Both the position numbers and the translations under genes were made by a program. A stretch of 51,160 bases of DNA, the filler included, from Sphacelaria rigidula (lineage: Eukaryota): the NCBI GenBank assembly GCA_964200075.2. It is 3 parts of 3 records of this genome, joined end to end, with 100 filler letters (N's around TTAATTAATTAA, not from the genome) between each part and the next. Parts side by side here need not be neighbours in the genome. Positions count along the whole stretch, not along the records: positions 34,181 to 51,160 come from CAXNAA020001197.1; 2 more parts are not named here. One strand, written 5' to 3'. Below, one piece after another: positions 34,181 to 46,019 of this stretch; position 1 is the stretch's first letter, and every line of letters starts with the position of its first letter. The notes under the pieces were generated by a model. It did not search any database and had not been told where the DNA came from. It saw only the letters and a program-made list of their open reading frames with translations.

Positions 34181-37100
34181 ATCAGCATGGCCGCGCTGCC
34201 TCCCACCTCTGGTCCGGCTGTTGCAGTGATCAGCCCCGTCATTCCATACCGTACAGTTTCAGCTTGAGCCCTCGCCTGAACCCTCGCCCTCGCGCGGGAG
34301 AAAATTTCGTTTCATCCCCACGCCAGCGTTTTCTCCAGTTCCTCTGCCGCCGATGCTAGCTCGTTCCGGTCGACTGCCGCTCTCGTCGCACTGCGCGTGC
34401 GACCTGCCGTTTGTGGAGTCAGAGAAAATTCATCGTCGATTGCAAGACGGCGTAGCTCCGTCCTTGGGATTTCGGGAGCTCCATCGCCCCCCCCGTCGTT
34501 GCGCTCGGGGGTGTCTACGGTTGTCGGTGTTATTGCTGTCGGCGTTGTCGGCGGCGTTGTTTCTGTCGGCGTTTGCGGCGGCGATGTTGCTGTCGGCAGC
34601 GATGTGGCGGTCGGCGACGATGTTGGGGGCGCTGGTCCCCCATCATCAATGAGATGTCGGACAGGGTTGCGTAAAATCCCGCGCCCCCCCCGCTTCTGCA
34701 AGGAAGCGGCGAGGTCATCTCACCCCCCCCGCCAATAGCGGGGGTCTGTTGTGCCGCTTCTGCGTCCATCTCTGGGTTGGGGAGCAAGAACGACACATGA
34801 CGTGAACCATGGGGTGGAGCACGCGCCGCCGGAGATTGCCGTTCCGCGGACTCGCTGCCGGTCATCCCTCCCTCGATCTTGTCATCCCTCGCTTCGTCGG
34901 GCGTCGGGATCGCTTGCTGTGGGGCAGGGAGAGGAGTAGGGGGGGCATACGCCCATGTTACGTGCCTGGTCGTAATAGTTTGTCCTGTTTCCGTCATCAC
35001 TCTCATAGCATCGCGTGGGTATCTTGGGGCTGGGCTAAGGTACCCGCACCTCTAAGCTTTTCGTTGTAACTTGTCTGTCCTGTGAACCCTACAAAATCCA
35101 GGCTTTAGAAAAGGAAGAAGGTTGTTCTCCGGTGGTGCCACATTTCGTGTGGCGTCTTGTTTCCCGGGTTAGCCGAGGTCGCAGTACAGTTCAAAGCATG
35201 GCATGCCCAGTTAGCTTGTTCCGCCCACAGATTCTTGCTAGTTGGGATGTTCTGGTTCGGGTACATCTCCGATGCCTGAATTTTGGCTGCAAGGCCGGCC
35301 GACTCTATGATGCCCATTGCACGCTCCGCTACGCCGTTGAACTGTGGGGAGTCAGCAGTTGTTTTCTCTTGTTTTATTTTCTCTCTATCACACAGCTCCT
35401 CGAAGCGCCCCTCCGAAAATTCACCTCCACCATCACCGCGGACCTTCTCGATTTTTCGCGGGTGGATTTCTGCGATGTATTTACTTAAGTACTGTACGGA
35501 CTCGTCCTTTGTGCGCAGAAAAAACAATCTAGTGTGCCGCGAGCAATCATCGCGTACTATCATCATGTACGACTTTCCTCCCCGAGATCGAACTGGTTTT
35601 TGGCCTGTGAGATCAACAAACACTCTGGAAGCTGGCTCAACTGCTCGTGTATGGGTCGATCTTGGGATGGGCTACCGAAGTCCCTTTCCTTCCGAGCATC
35701 CTCGGCACGGTCTCAACTCGCCGCGCAGCTCCACTCCGAGCTGCTTTGCAGTCCGCCGGGGCAGGTTCTCGTGAACATGCGCGTGTTTGCAATGGAAATC
35801 ATTCATGTCTTCAACTTGGGGGTTGGGAAGTTTCCCCGGGGCAATCACAGCGCATGCTGTCGCATGCTTGTCATGACCTTGTGGATAAATGCGTTGGGCG
35901 TACATTGTCAACTGTCTGTGCTGGCCGGGGATTTTCGGGGTATTGCCTGACTTTAACTCAACCCGGAAGCCGTTACTAGGCCCAATGTCGGTGTGACCCG
36001 CGTTGGACACCCTGGTCAGTGACAACAGATGGTGACGGACACAAGGCGCGTGGTCTACATTTTTCAAATGCAAGACTATATCGCGTCCGTCAGACCGTAA
36101 AGATAGAGCTAAGTTTCCTCTTCCCACGATGGGGTAGATACCACCGCCCGCACACCGTAGTACCCTTCCACTGCATTTTCTATAATCCGTCATGTTACTC
36201 GATTTCCCAGTTGCAAACGCATACTCGCCTGTGTTGACCTCATCTACCGTCATGTCGAGGCCGGTGAAAGCTCCTGCATCAGCACCCGAACAGACGGAGT
36301 CGTCGTCCACCACGTCTTCCCCCACGCCCATCAGAACCGCCGCGTCCTCCACAGCCGCCGCGTCCTCTACAGTGCTCTGACAGTCAATCAAACTATGTCC
36401 TCTCTTCCCGCACCTAGAGCAACGCCTGTCTGGACAGTCTCTCGCCCGATGTGTGGTCATCTTCTGACAAACGTGGCACCTCCACGGCGTCGCAGCCCCC
36501 GACTGGCTCGTTGACGATGAAGCGGGCGATTGGTTGTTTTTGCCCTGCCCCCCATCACCTGCGCGGCCTGGGTTCTGGGTCTTTCCTGCTTCACCTTTCC
36601 GGTGTGAACCGTTAGGTTTGCCGGGATGGCCCTTGACAGCAAGGGCCTGGTCGCCCGGGGAAGCCTTCCTCCCCTTGGCGAGTTCCTGCTTGAAAAGTGC
36701 CGATTCGAAACGTTTTCGAACCGACGTCACCACGACTTCCCTCGTGAGCGGACCTTCGCGCTCCTCCAACGCCTGTTTTTGGTAGTTGTACTCGCAAGGA
36801 AGCGCATTGACAAATTTGAGGAGGTTTTGCGCCTCCGTCAGGATGATGTTGGTGTCGTGTGATTGTAACTCTCTCGCCACCTCTTCCATCTCGATTAGTT
36901 TTTGAAGAGGATCATCGCGAACTCCAATCTTCACGTGATCATATTTTTCTAGAAGAGCTAATCTAGCTCCGTTGGTCTTGGGGCTGTAGAAATCATTTAA
37001 CTCACGCCACGCTGCAGGAGACGGAATTCGGAACAAAACATCCCGGTCCCGCTTATGTTCGAGACTCGCCACCAACATTTGCCTCGCTCTCACGTTTGCA

Positions 37101-37741
37101 GCTACAGTGCCCTTTCCGTGCCTTGCTTCAAGATAACTTAAGGATAACGCCTTGTTTCCCACCTCCACATCGTATGTTCTATCTTCTGACATAGTAAACA
37201 CCCAATCAACTGCTTCGCGTCTGGCAAACATGATTAGTTCGTGACTGTAGTGGTTGAACTCTGAACTCTTCCCAGAGAACTTCGGTACAGTTGCCTTGAA
37301 AACCGGGACCCCGGAATTGTTTTGGACACTTGGTTGATCGTGACCGAACACTGCGACGGACTCACTTGCGGGGTCTGCACCCCTTGCTCCGTCGTTTGCT
37401 GTCCTGTGGTCGCTCCCGCTCGGAGCTCCCTGCTCGCCCTCACGGCTGCGTCTTCGCCCGTGAGGTGTGCTGTGGCTGGCTGAGTTGTCAGCCTGGTGTT
37501 GTTGTGTTGCTTGATCTTCTTCGCTTTCGACGACGCCACTCCACCTCGCGCCTCCGGACTCTCTATCTTCGATGCCATCTACTCTACCCTGTGTTACAGT
37601 TTGTGTAGATTGTACACCTCTAACCATCTCTGTCAGTGTGCTAAACTGACCACTGAACAGACTCATCATACTTTCAAGCTGACTCGTGAGCCCGTGTAAT
37701 CTTTGTTCTGAAGACTGAGCGTTACCATCGTACTTAGCCAT
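34181..37741 (-). pseudogene. Copia gag-pol pseudogene
   Basis: Motifs: gag (LLKFVNALPCEY), two Zn knuckles CHVCQKMTTHRARDC and CSRCGKRGHSLIDC, HHLLSL, integrase HxxxxH...CxxC, FVDLTG, RGDGGGEF, PQFNGVAER and SH3-like TRHVTW. Lesions: in-frame stop at 35672, frameshift near 35130, and no DSG catalytic motif in the protease region. Confidence 0.9.
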
Positions 37742-38110
37742 ACTTGCCCAATCGATTGATCACTAGTGTATTCCTTGGCTCAGGCACAGGGCAATGGTTT
37801 CAGATATTTTATTGAAGATCACCCAAGTTCTACTATAACTTGGGAGAGTGCTGATGAGATGGTGGGTAGATGAATGAGAATGATCAAGGGTGGCGGTCTG
37901 CTCCGCTGCTCACAGCCGTACTGTACCACATCTACACACACTTGACTGTCGGTACTCGTACGTCACCCCGACCCCCGGATGTACGTAGATCCAGCATTAC
38001 TGGGTATCTGAATCACTCGAACATGGTCGGGCGTGTGCCGAACCTGTGCCGACACTCTGCCGAACATAACACACACTCCATCCCAAGTTACCTAGGTTTA
38101 GTATGCGACA
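34181..38110 (-). mobile_element. Decayed Ty1/Copia LTR retrotransposon (5' part; RT/RNase H not present before the gap)
   Basis: Order is gag, protease region, integrase. A putative 5' LTR spans about 37795-38110, starting TGTCGC with AATAAA near its end; its boundaries are uncertain. Confidence 0.88.
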
Positions 38111-40275
38111 ACTGAAATTTTTTAATCTCTACTATCTCGAGACAGGAAGCCAACCGACCTCTGGAACTTCACAGCCCCCCGCAGACACACTAGACGTCGT
38201 GAGTTTGTCGGCGGAGTTGCTCAATTCGCCACAGTGGACCCGAAAAGCCCCAGAACGTTGCAGGAAACGTGTCTTGTAGTACATTTTGTATTTAGTGCAG
38301 CGGTTTGCAAAGTGCTGCGTCCTCCGCGGCACGCGCACGGAAACCTTCTGCCAAGTTCACTAGCTCTGGCGTGTGGGAAGCGTACGCATCAAACCGCAGT
38401 CTAATCCTCTGCGTCGTTGCCGAGAAAGTTGCGTTGAAAGATAAGCACAACAACATACTGCAGCAAAAGGGGCATAACAACAACACGAGAAGCAGCTTCT
38501 ATCCTGCTGTTGTTGTAATCCTGTGTACAGGTGTACAGTAACGTCAGTCACAGGTGTGTTGTACTATGGCAATAGTACATTTTGTATGAGCGTTGTCGTC
38601 ATTTCGAGTGACCCGTCTACTTGTGATTGATACTGATTGGCTCATTTAGGTTTCATTTCTTCTGCATTCAACTGACTATAGAGTTGATTGGTCAATTTTC
38701 CCGATATATAGTGCCCAAAATCGGGCCCCATTCACGGGCATAACTGTACCGTAAAATAATGGCTGCGAGTGTCAGTATACACCAAAGGCTTACGTAGCGT
38801 GCTGTTGGCTACAATGCTGTACACCATACTGGACATGGACACCTTCAGGGCACGTTGATTGACCCACAGGAAGGGTGACCACGCACGCCGGCACCGTCGG
38901 TATCGGGCTGCAACACGCGTTGCACCCCGATCCGCCCGTGCCATGCGGTCTGTAGAGGTGTACCATGATTGCTGCTAGCAGTAATGCTGGACTGTCGTAG
39001 CATGTATGCAGCGGGCGACGCAACCACCGGTGCCCTGGCGCTAGACCACACTGGCCAGGCAGCTGATATGTGAAGCCTGTGTCTTTGTCGGCTGTGCTCG
39101 TGATGGGAACGCATTGTAAAGGGGTGGGACATCGTCTCAGCGTGTCCACACGTCCATCTTCACAACAGCCGATTGTAGAGATGAGGTTGACCGCAAAAAT
39201 GAGGCTCCGGCCCCAAAATAGTGATTTCCCAACACTTACGATGACGTGTTGTGGTGGCATCATGCTCCTCCATCGCACAGGTACTTGTTCACAGCAGTTT
39301 ACCGACTCTGTGAGCTTCCATCGCTGGGCGAAACCCTGGCCGACCCCTCATACCCCCCCCCCCCCTGAAATCTCAACGAAAAGTACGAGTGATTCGCTCA
39401 ACGGCGGAAGTTCATGGCGTAGGTAAAACACCCCGACTAAGTATATACAAGAATAAGGAGCATCACGGCAACCCGAAGAGTCGCTGCAAGTGTGGGGAAA
39501 GCACTGTATTGTAGTTGAATACCGTCTTTGTGGAGACCTAATTGCATATATTGTCTGTTTGATATTCAACGGGGGTGCCTCGCCCCCTCCGCGCGGAGCA
39601 CGCCAGTAACCAACAATGGTTCAGGTCCCATATTATCGTCACGCTGTTGTTCTCAGACGCAAACACGTCGCCTCCATTATCTACAGATGAATTACTCGGT
39701 TCCTGTGTCGTGATTGTGTGGGTTATGGCGATTACCATACACGCTGAATGTTCATGTGTGTACGCAGCTAAGCTGCAGAGACAGATCAGCAGCATATGGT
39801 GGATGGTCACAGTCGCCCTCGATCGCGCAATCGTGTCTGCCTTCATCATTGTTCCGTGTTTGTTGCAGCTCTGTGATCATGGACACACGCCGTGGGGATT
39901 CCACGGCGAGAGACCAGCTCTCTGACGAAGGACAACCACACACACTTGGGACGCCGGTGAGATATACCGAATTCATCTCATCCGACGATGACCTTACATT
40001 TTTCACTCTCCGCCTTGTAGCATGCTCTCCGCCTTGCGGCGGATACTCGTAGATGCTCCTCTTCACCACGGTAGAAGCCCGCGTGTTCCCGATTCAACAT
40101 GGCAGGCGCCTGCAACTTTCGCGGCCGGTCGGGTAGATGTTGTATATTACCATCAGTGGTGACCTCAGACCATGTTCCCGGTGTGAGTGGTGTTGAGAGA
40201 GGAACGGTCGGATAAGAGAACCGCCCCCATACATACGGCACCGCACGCTCCACTATCTCGCCGCCATCGCCGTGA

Positions 40276-42378
40276 CCAGCCCCCCTCGATTTTTTCATCG
40301 CCGCCATCATAAACACCGACAGCAGGTGGCGCCCGGAAGCCTCGCAGATATCCGACTGGCGGCAGCAGGATATTCTGCACAAGACGCTGCTGAATTCGAA
40401 GGTACACATTGTGCATGCTGACACTGTGATAGACTCGCCCCTTGCTCAGGAATACCGGTGGCGTATCTGCGAGACGCCGCGTGTATATTTATCGAATCCA
40501 TCATTCGAATGCCAGGCATATGAAATCCATCTGAACGCACACCGTCGCATGGTGTCTGTCCGCGCCATCTTCCCCCCCTCTTTCCCTCGCCCCGCCCGCC
40601 CGCCCGCCCCCCGCCGTCCAGCTGTACCTAGTGCCGGCACTTCCCGTTTTCACAGCATCGGGGAAAGCCCAGAAGAAGTATGTTCCCAACTCCTGGACGC
40701 CGACCTCACGCCGCGAGAGTGTGGGACTCCGCTGGCTCATGCAAGAAAGAGATCGCCCGGACCTCAGGGGTCCGGCGGGCATCGTCTGGGGTCTCGGGGG
40801 CGGAAATCCAGGCAGAAGAGGACCAGGCGCGATGGCACTGAGGTCACTGGGTTGTGCGGTTCATTGCACGAACGGCTGCTCCAGACCTCCGATTGCGGCG
40901 GGGCCTCGGCTACTCATCGTGTAGAGGCGGGCGATGCCGCTTTGCCTTCCGAACGTGGCGATCTGTTCCCATCGACTTCGCTGCCGGAGTCCGCGCCAGC
41001 AAGATTGGGACGGACGCCGGCCATACTGCAGGCCAACGTCAATGGCGTTCGCACGCGGCGGCCGCGGCGGAGGGAGGGTGTTGGGCACCACGCAGAACAT
41101 GGCAGCTTGCCGCCCGCTGAAAGGCAGCACTGTTCGCCGCTGCGCCGTAGGAAGGCGACCCCAGCTCCGACATATCGCCGCAGGAGGCAAGCATATTGTG
41201 GCAAGGGTGAATGCGGGCCGGTCGGTAGCTGGAGTACCGGGTTGTGTACACGGTGTGAGATTGATCACGGGCCGCATGGCAGATTGTGTGCTGCCTGCCA
41301 TCGCCCGACCACACAGTATCGCCACCTCGCGCCACACAGAGTCATTCCCTCGTTGGAGTGGTGGAAGTCAAGCAAGGAAGACCTGTCGCAAACCGCGATT
41401 ATCGGGGCTCACGAGCCGACGTCGGACTGCCTGTGCAAGGAGACGGACTGCTTCTATCATCTTTTCGGTTTGTCTGAATATAGAGCTTATGCGGAGCGAA
41501 ATAGGTGCGATGTATGCGGACGACAACAGTATAAGAAAAAGAAGTCCAAGGTCCGTTTGCGTTCAGTCGGTGTTGCGTGTGCTGCAATGACGCAGTATTT
41601 CACCGTCGGCGGTGGAACTCCGAGGGCTGCGTTGCTTCGCTCCCAGGTAGGCAACGAGCTTCGGGAGAGCAGCACGGTGTGTAACGCATGCTACTGTGCG
41701 TACCGCGACGCCTCCAGGCAGCCAGACGTGCCAGGACTGCCAGAGTCTTCCGCCGACTTCGAAGAACGGGTACCGGAGGGAGACAAGGACGAGTGTGGTG
41801 TCACTCAGCGTGTGCAGGCGGTGCTGCGGTCGGGATCTCTTGTGCAAGGGGTAGAAGTGGAGGCATGGCTGCTCGACTATCGGAGGGAACACCAGCGGCG
41901 TGATGTGCATCCCAAGCACGTGCGGACGTTAGTCCAAAAATGGATGAGCGACATCGGCGACCGCTTTAATGACAGCACCGCCATCACGCTTTTGGGCGAC
42001 GGTGCCTCGGGGGCTGATGGTCGGCAGACTTTCAGATACCTCATCCCACACAGCTTCCCGGTAGAGGAGATAGCAAAGCTCGATCTCACGGCCAGGGTGA
42101 GGGAGGAAACGATTGCCGATCTTGGGCGGGATTGGCCGCAATACGTCAGGGAGATGGGGGGGGGGGGCGCAGTACAGTCGAGATATTTCATCGACACTGC
42201 GTCTCTTTCTCCCCAGCAACGCGAGCTGGTGGTGGAAAACGCGAGGTTGATCGTGCGCGGGGACTTGGTATCGACTCCGACCCTCTGTGCAGTATCTGCA
42301 GATGTGCCCACGGCGGCGGCGGTGGAGGGATCAACGGGCGCGATTTCCTCTCGGCCTTTTCCCCATAGAAAGCCCTAG
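40276..42378 (+). CDS. Long intronless Cys-rich ORF (about 700 codons), possibly DNA-transposon derived
   Basis: The frame is open from about 40276. Multiple CxxC pairs (CTRC, CAAC, CDVC, CNACY), a basic KKKKSK stretch and a helical C-terminal region. No family securely recognised. Confidence 0.55.
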   Translation, partial: PAPLDFFIAAIINTDSRWRPEASQISDWRQQDILHKTLLNSKVHIVHADTVIDSPLAQEYRWRICETPRVYLSNPSFECQAYEIHLNAHRRMVSVRAIFPPSFPRPARPPAPRRPAVPSAGTSRFHSIGESPEEVCSQLLDADLTPRECGTPLAHARKRSPGPQGSGGHRLGSRGRKSRQKRTRRDGTEVTGLCGSLHERLLQTSDCGGASATHRVEAGDAALPSERGDLFPSTSLPESAPARLGRTPAILQANVNGVRTRRPRRREGVGHHAEHGSLPPAERQHCSPLRRRKATPAPTYRRRRQAYCGKGECGPVGSWSTGLCTRCEIDHGPHGRLCAACHRPTTQYRHLAPHRVIPSLEWWKSSKEDLSQTAIIGAHEPTSDCLCKETDCFYHLFGLSEYRAYAERNRCDVCGRQQYKKKKSKVRLRSVGVACAAMTQYFTVGGGTPRAALLRSQVGNELRESSTVCNACYCAYRDASRQPDVPGLPESSADFEERVPEGDKDECGVTQRVQAVLRSGSLVQGVEVEAWLLDYRREHQRRDVHPKHVRTLVQKWMSDIGDRFNDSTAITLLGDGASGADGRQTFRYLIPHSFPVEEIAKLDLTARVREETIADLGRDWPQYVREMGGGGAVQSRYFIDTASLSPQQRELVVENARLIVRGDLVSTPTLCAVSADVPTAAAVEGSTGAISSRPFPHRKP

Positions 42379-44652
42379 TGGGTATCGAACGACGCCGGTG
42401 CATCGTACGTATTGATGTGTGCAGTCGGCATTTTTTCGAACAGTTTTGCGGCCTGAACTTCCCGCCGCTGCGAAAGATACAGTGGTCATACCATGATGAT
42501 ATTGAGTGTTGAGGGCGGGTTTTCTTCCTGCGGACATTGTGCGTTTTGAAAGGAATACCGTCCTTTGTGCAGGCTCCTCCAATATGTTACGCCCTGGAAA
42601 TAGCAAAATATCCGGCGCTAGGTTGCGAGAGTCTTGCGTTCTCCTTACCCAAAAATATGTATCGTTGGCGTAGGATTTCATGGGCTTCATTTTGTCTTCG
42701 GTGTGATTCCCGGGAATGTATGCAGTGAAGACCCCGTTTATAAGGGGGCTGGTATCACCTGGAAAAAAATACGCCATGACTGTTTTTTGCCGGCGTTGGT
42801 CTACGTATGTGTCTTAGTTATTGCGGAACTGGAATATCCGACGAATGTTATATTTCGTTCTTCACACAATGCGTCGAAAGTGATGCCGTTGAGTCTTGAT
42901 CCCAAGGCCATTTGTGATGTGTCAAACATTTATGTGGTTGGCTGTTGGCATTTCGCTGTCGATTTTCAGTCGACGGTAGGGTTAAGTGGATGTTGGCACC
43001 TCGGAATGACAAGCTTTATTCGTCGACACCGTTGTAAAGGACCTTGAAAACCCCCACAACACTTTGTTTGTGGCTGAACCCGCACTGTCCATAACAGGGG
43101 CGGTCATGTAATAAGAAAAATGAAGACCCGAGCACGTTCGCGTTTCGTGTACGCGACAGTTTCGTTTACCGCCGAATTTTCAATTCCAAAAGCAAACGAT
43201 CAAGTTGTTAGAAACAAATTCGTATTTTTGTTGTTGAAAGTAAATTCGATTTTTGTTGTTGAAAACAAATTTGATTTTTATGTTGAAAAAAAAAACGTTT
43301 TTTTTTTTGCTTCATGCAGTTCACTCAGTTGATCGCTTCTTGCTGACAGAGCAATTTCGGGCACGACTAGAACCGCGACATAATCCTAAAATGGAAAATC
43401 GCTGCGGATTGGTGTCAACGAAGAGATACGGTCGTTCCGAGGTGTCAACCTCTGTCTTTTGGAACCCTCCCCTCCTATCCCCTGGCCAAACGCCTTATTA
43501 TGAGAAGTCCTGACGAAGAGGAAAAGATGGAAACAGAAAAGGCCGACGGCAACCATTTTTATAATGGAAGATCGGAGAAGAATGTCCTCCCTGGAGAGAT
43601 CAGGTGAGGTTTGTCCAATCATACCACGCACCGGATGAAGCGTCCAATTGCATCCATCGAAAATAACTACCAAAACCACTATGAAACATCCCATTCAAAA
43701 AACAGCAATGGGCTCCAGGATCCAACCTGGCACGTTTGTATATTAGCATTCGTATATGAGGGAAGCGCCGCTTTGACGGGCTGCAGCATCGGGTGACGAG
43801 TTTGCCAAGCCACACCGTCCGTACATACAGCATAAAGTGGTAATTTTCATGGACCCGATTTTGGTTGTCCCTCCATAACTTTTGACTGAGATCGAATTAT
43901 AATAATAATAAAAAGCTTCGAAACGCCCGCAGCGAGGCGCAAAAGAGTAGCGAGTCGCCAAAAAAACAAGGAAAAAAAGGGGCAAAAAAAATGCTCGCGG
44001 CGGGTCTTGAACCCACGAAATTGGTTGGCCATAGAGCAACTTCCCCCATATATTTCGTACTCCGGCTTTTTGTTTTTGCCTCTTGATTAATTTCGACCTG
44101 GAGCCAAGCATAACCGGGTTCAGAACCAGGTGATCGAGAACCAGTTTCTTGCGAGGATTCCAAGAATATATTGTATATAAATATTCACAGAGGTGGTGGG
44201 GGCCCGGCAAATCGAGATTTACTAGTTCCTCCGCGTTTTTGGCGAAACGGTATATTCGGCATAACTCGTCACCAACATGTCTGTGAAACCTAGAAGTACG
44301 TTCATTCGAAAGCCCTGATCCGTAGGTTTCGAATGGTATGCATTTTGTTGGGTAAATACCCTGGCTCCATAAAGAAATTGATCAAGTGGCCTGTGGGCGG
44401 GTCCGGGAAAATTACCATCATAGTATGGCTGAACCCAGCGAAATCCCGTCACCCGATGTGGAAGGGTCGGGCAGCAACCCAAACGCGATCCACACTCAGC
44501 TTTTTGAGGTTGCGGAGAAGCACGGCTAAGCTGTGAACCGTCAACCATATCTTGCTCAAAAACCGCCAATTACAAATCATCAATTTTCCATTATGAGTTC
44601 CAAAACGGTTACCTCAGGGCCTTCCACCCAGACACTTTCGTACACGCGTTAA

Positions 44653-44750
44653 CCCCTGGACAGCGAGAGTAGGTCATCTGTTAAATCGGCATCAATCTCA
44701 TTTGAAAAAAGTATGCACGATGCAGATAGACTACCCTCGCGGTCTAAGGG
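44653..44750. mobile_element. 98-bp piggyBac-like mini-MITE
   Basis: TTAA|CCCCTGGACAGCGAGAGTAG ... CTACCCTCGCGGTCTAAGGG|TTAA, i.e. a TTAA TSD with CCC/GGG termini. Confidence 0.82.
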
Positions 44751-46019
44751 TTAAGTGGCGAAACAGAGATATTTTCCGTGTGTACAACCAAGAAATACGA
44801 AAAAAAGGCGTTCGGTAAACCCGATCTTGGTGATGGCATCGACATAATATTTCACGTGGACACACACCCATACTGGGGTGCAGTATCGCATCTGCGCGAT
44901 ACCTCAGCCCGCAGTGCTTGTTGCTGTACACACCATCAGTACGAGAAACCATCAGATGGTGAGCCATCGCACCCAAGACCCGACGCGTTCGCGCACCCTG
45001 CACTTGTTGCCATCTTACTCGGTGGCGGGTGGTCGAAGGGGTGCAAATAGGACGGCTGTAGCTTACCGCACATCTGTGATACGCGACGTAACCGCACCTC
45101 ATGTATCTTTCGACCGTTCAGTACCGCATTTTCCACTTTTCAAGCGTTACTTTGTACGTGGATTTCTCCACCGTGTCCGCAACAATCGGCTTCAAACTTG
45201 GTGCGGAGGTACAGCACAACACAGAAAGCATGTATGCTGTTCGGCGGCACATGATGATGGGGAGGGCGCAATAAAAACAGAGCGAACACGGATTGTGGGT
45301 TATGCAATGCCGTCCATACGCCCTCAAAACGGCATGTTTGCGGACCACATTGAGCGAGGTATCACTGAATGCATATGCTGACACGCGGGTGGGCTCAATT
45401 CCACGTTATGACCTACCGCGCAGCTTCTGCGCCGTCAAACGAACACCCTGCATCGATCTGTGCTTGCACACATCGTGGATTATGACATTCTATGCGGGAA
45501 ACCTTCTCCTTTGGTCTATAGAGGTACAGGTACTGTACTCAATTCAATGTCAAGGGGCACGGCCGTGCACGCGCTGTCAGCACTTTTACGCGCTGAAACT
45601 TTGCCCGTATATCATGTAGACCATAGGTAATAACCTCATATTGCTGAATCTGGGGTTGCGTTGTGGGTGCGTGCGTATCGGGGCGAAAAGATGTCGGATT
45701 CTCTTCCGAATCGTGATTTTTTCATACTTTCGGCGCAACACTGAAGGGGGAAAATGCGGACTGTTTTGCTGTCACATACGGGTGACGTCCTTTCTCCATT
45801 TTTTAAAAATTCAAAATTACGTCATTTTGTTCTGACTATATGTTTTCATGCGTCATCCTGCAACCACGGCACTGTCCTGTCTGATGCCCCGCCCTGTCCA
45901 TACTCCGCCCCGGACCGTATCCCCCACCTCCGTCACAATTCTGCGCACACCTCCCTCATTTCACACATCAAACCGCAACAGCAACTACTCTTCAACTGCG
46001 CCTACTATATCACAGCACC

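Noticed and set aside
38790..39140. Minus-strand fragments suggestive of a CXC-type transposase C-terminus (RCPC)
   Set aside because: Requires several frameshifts, and the cysteine spacing is unconvincing.
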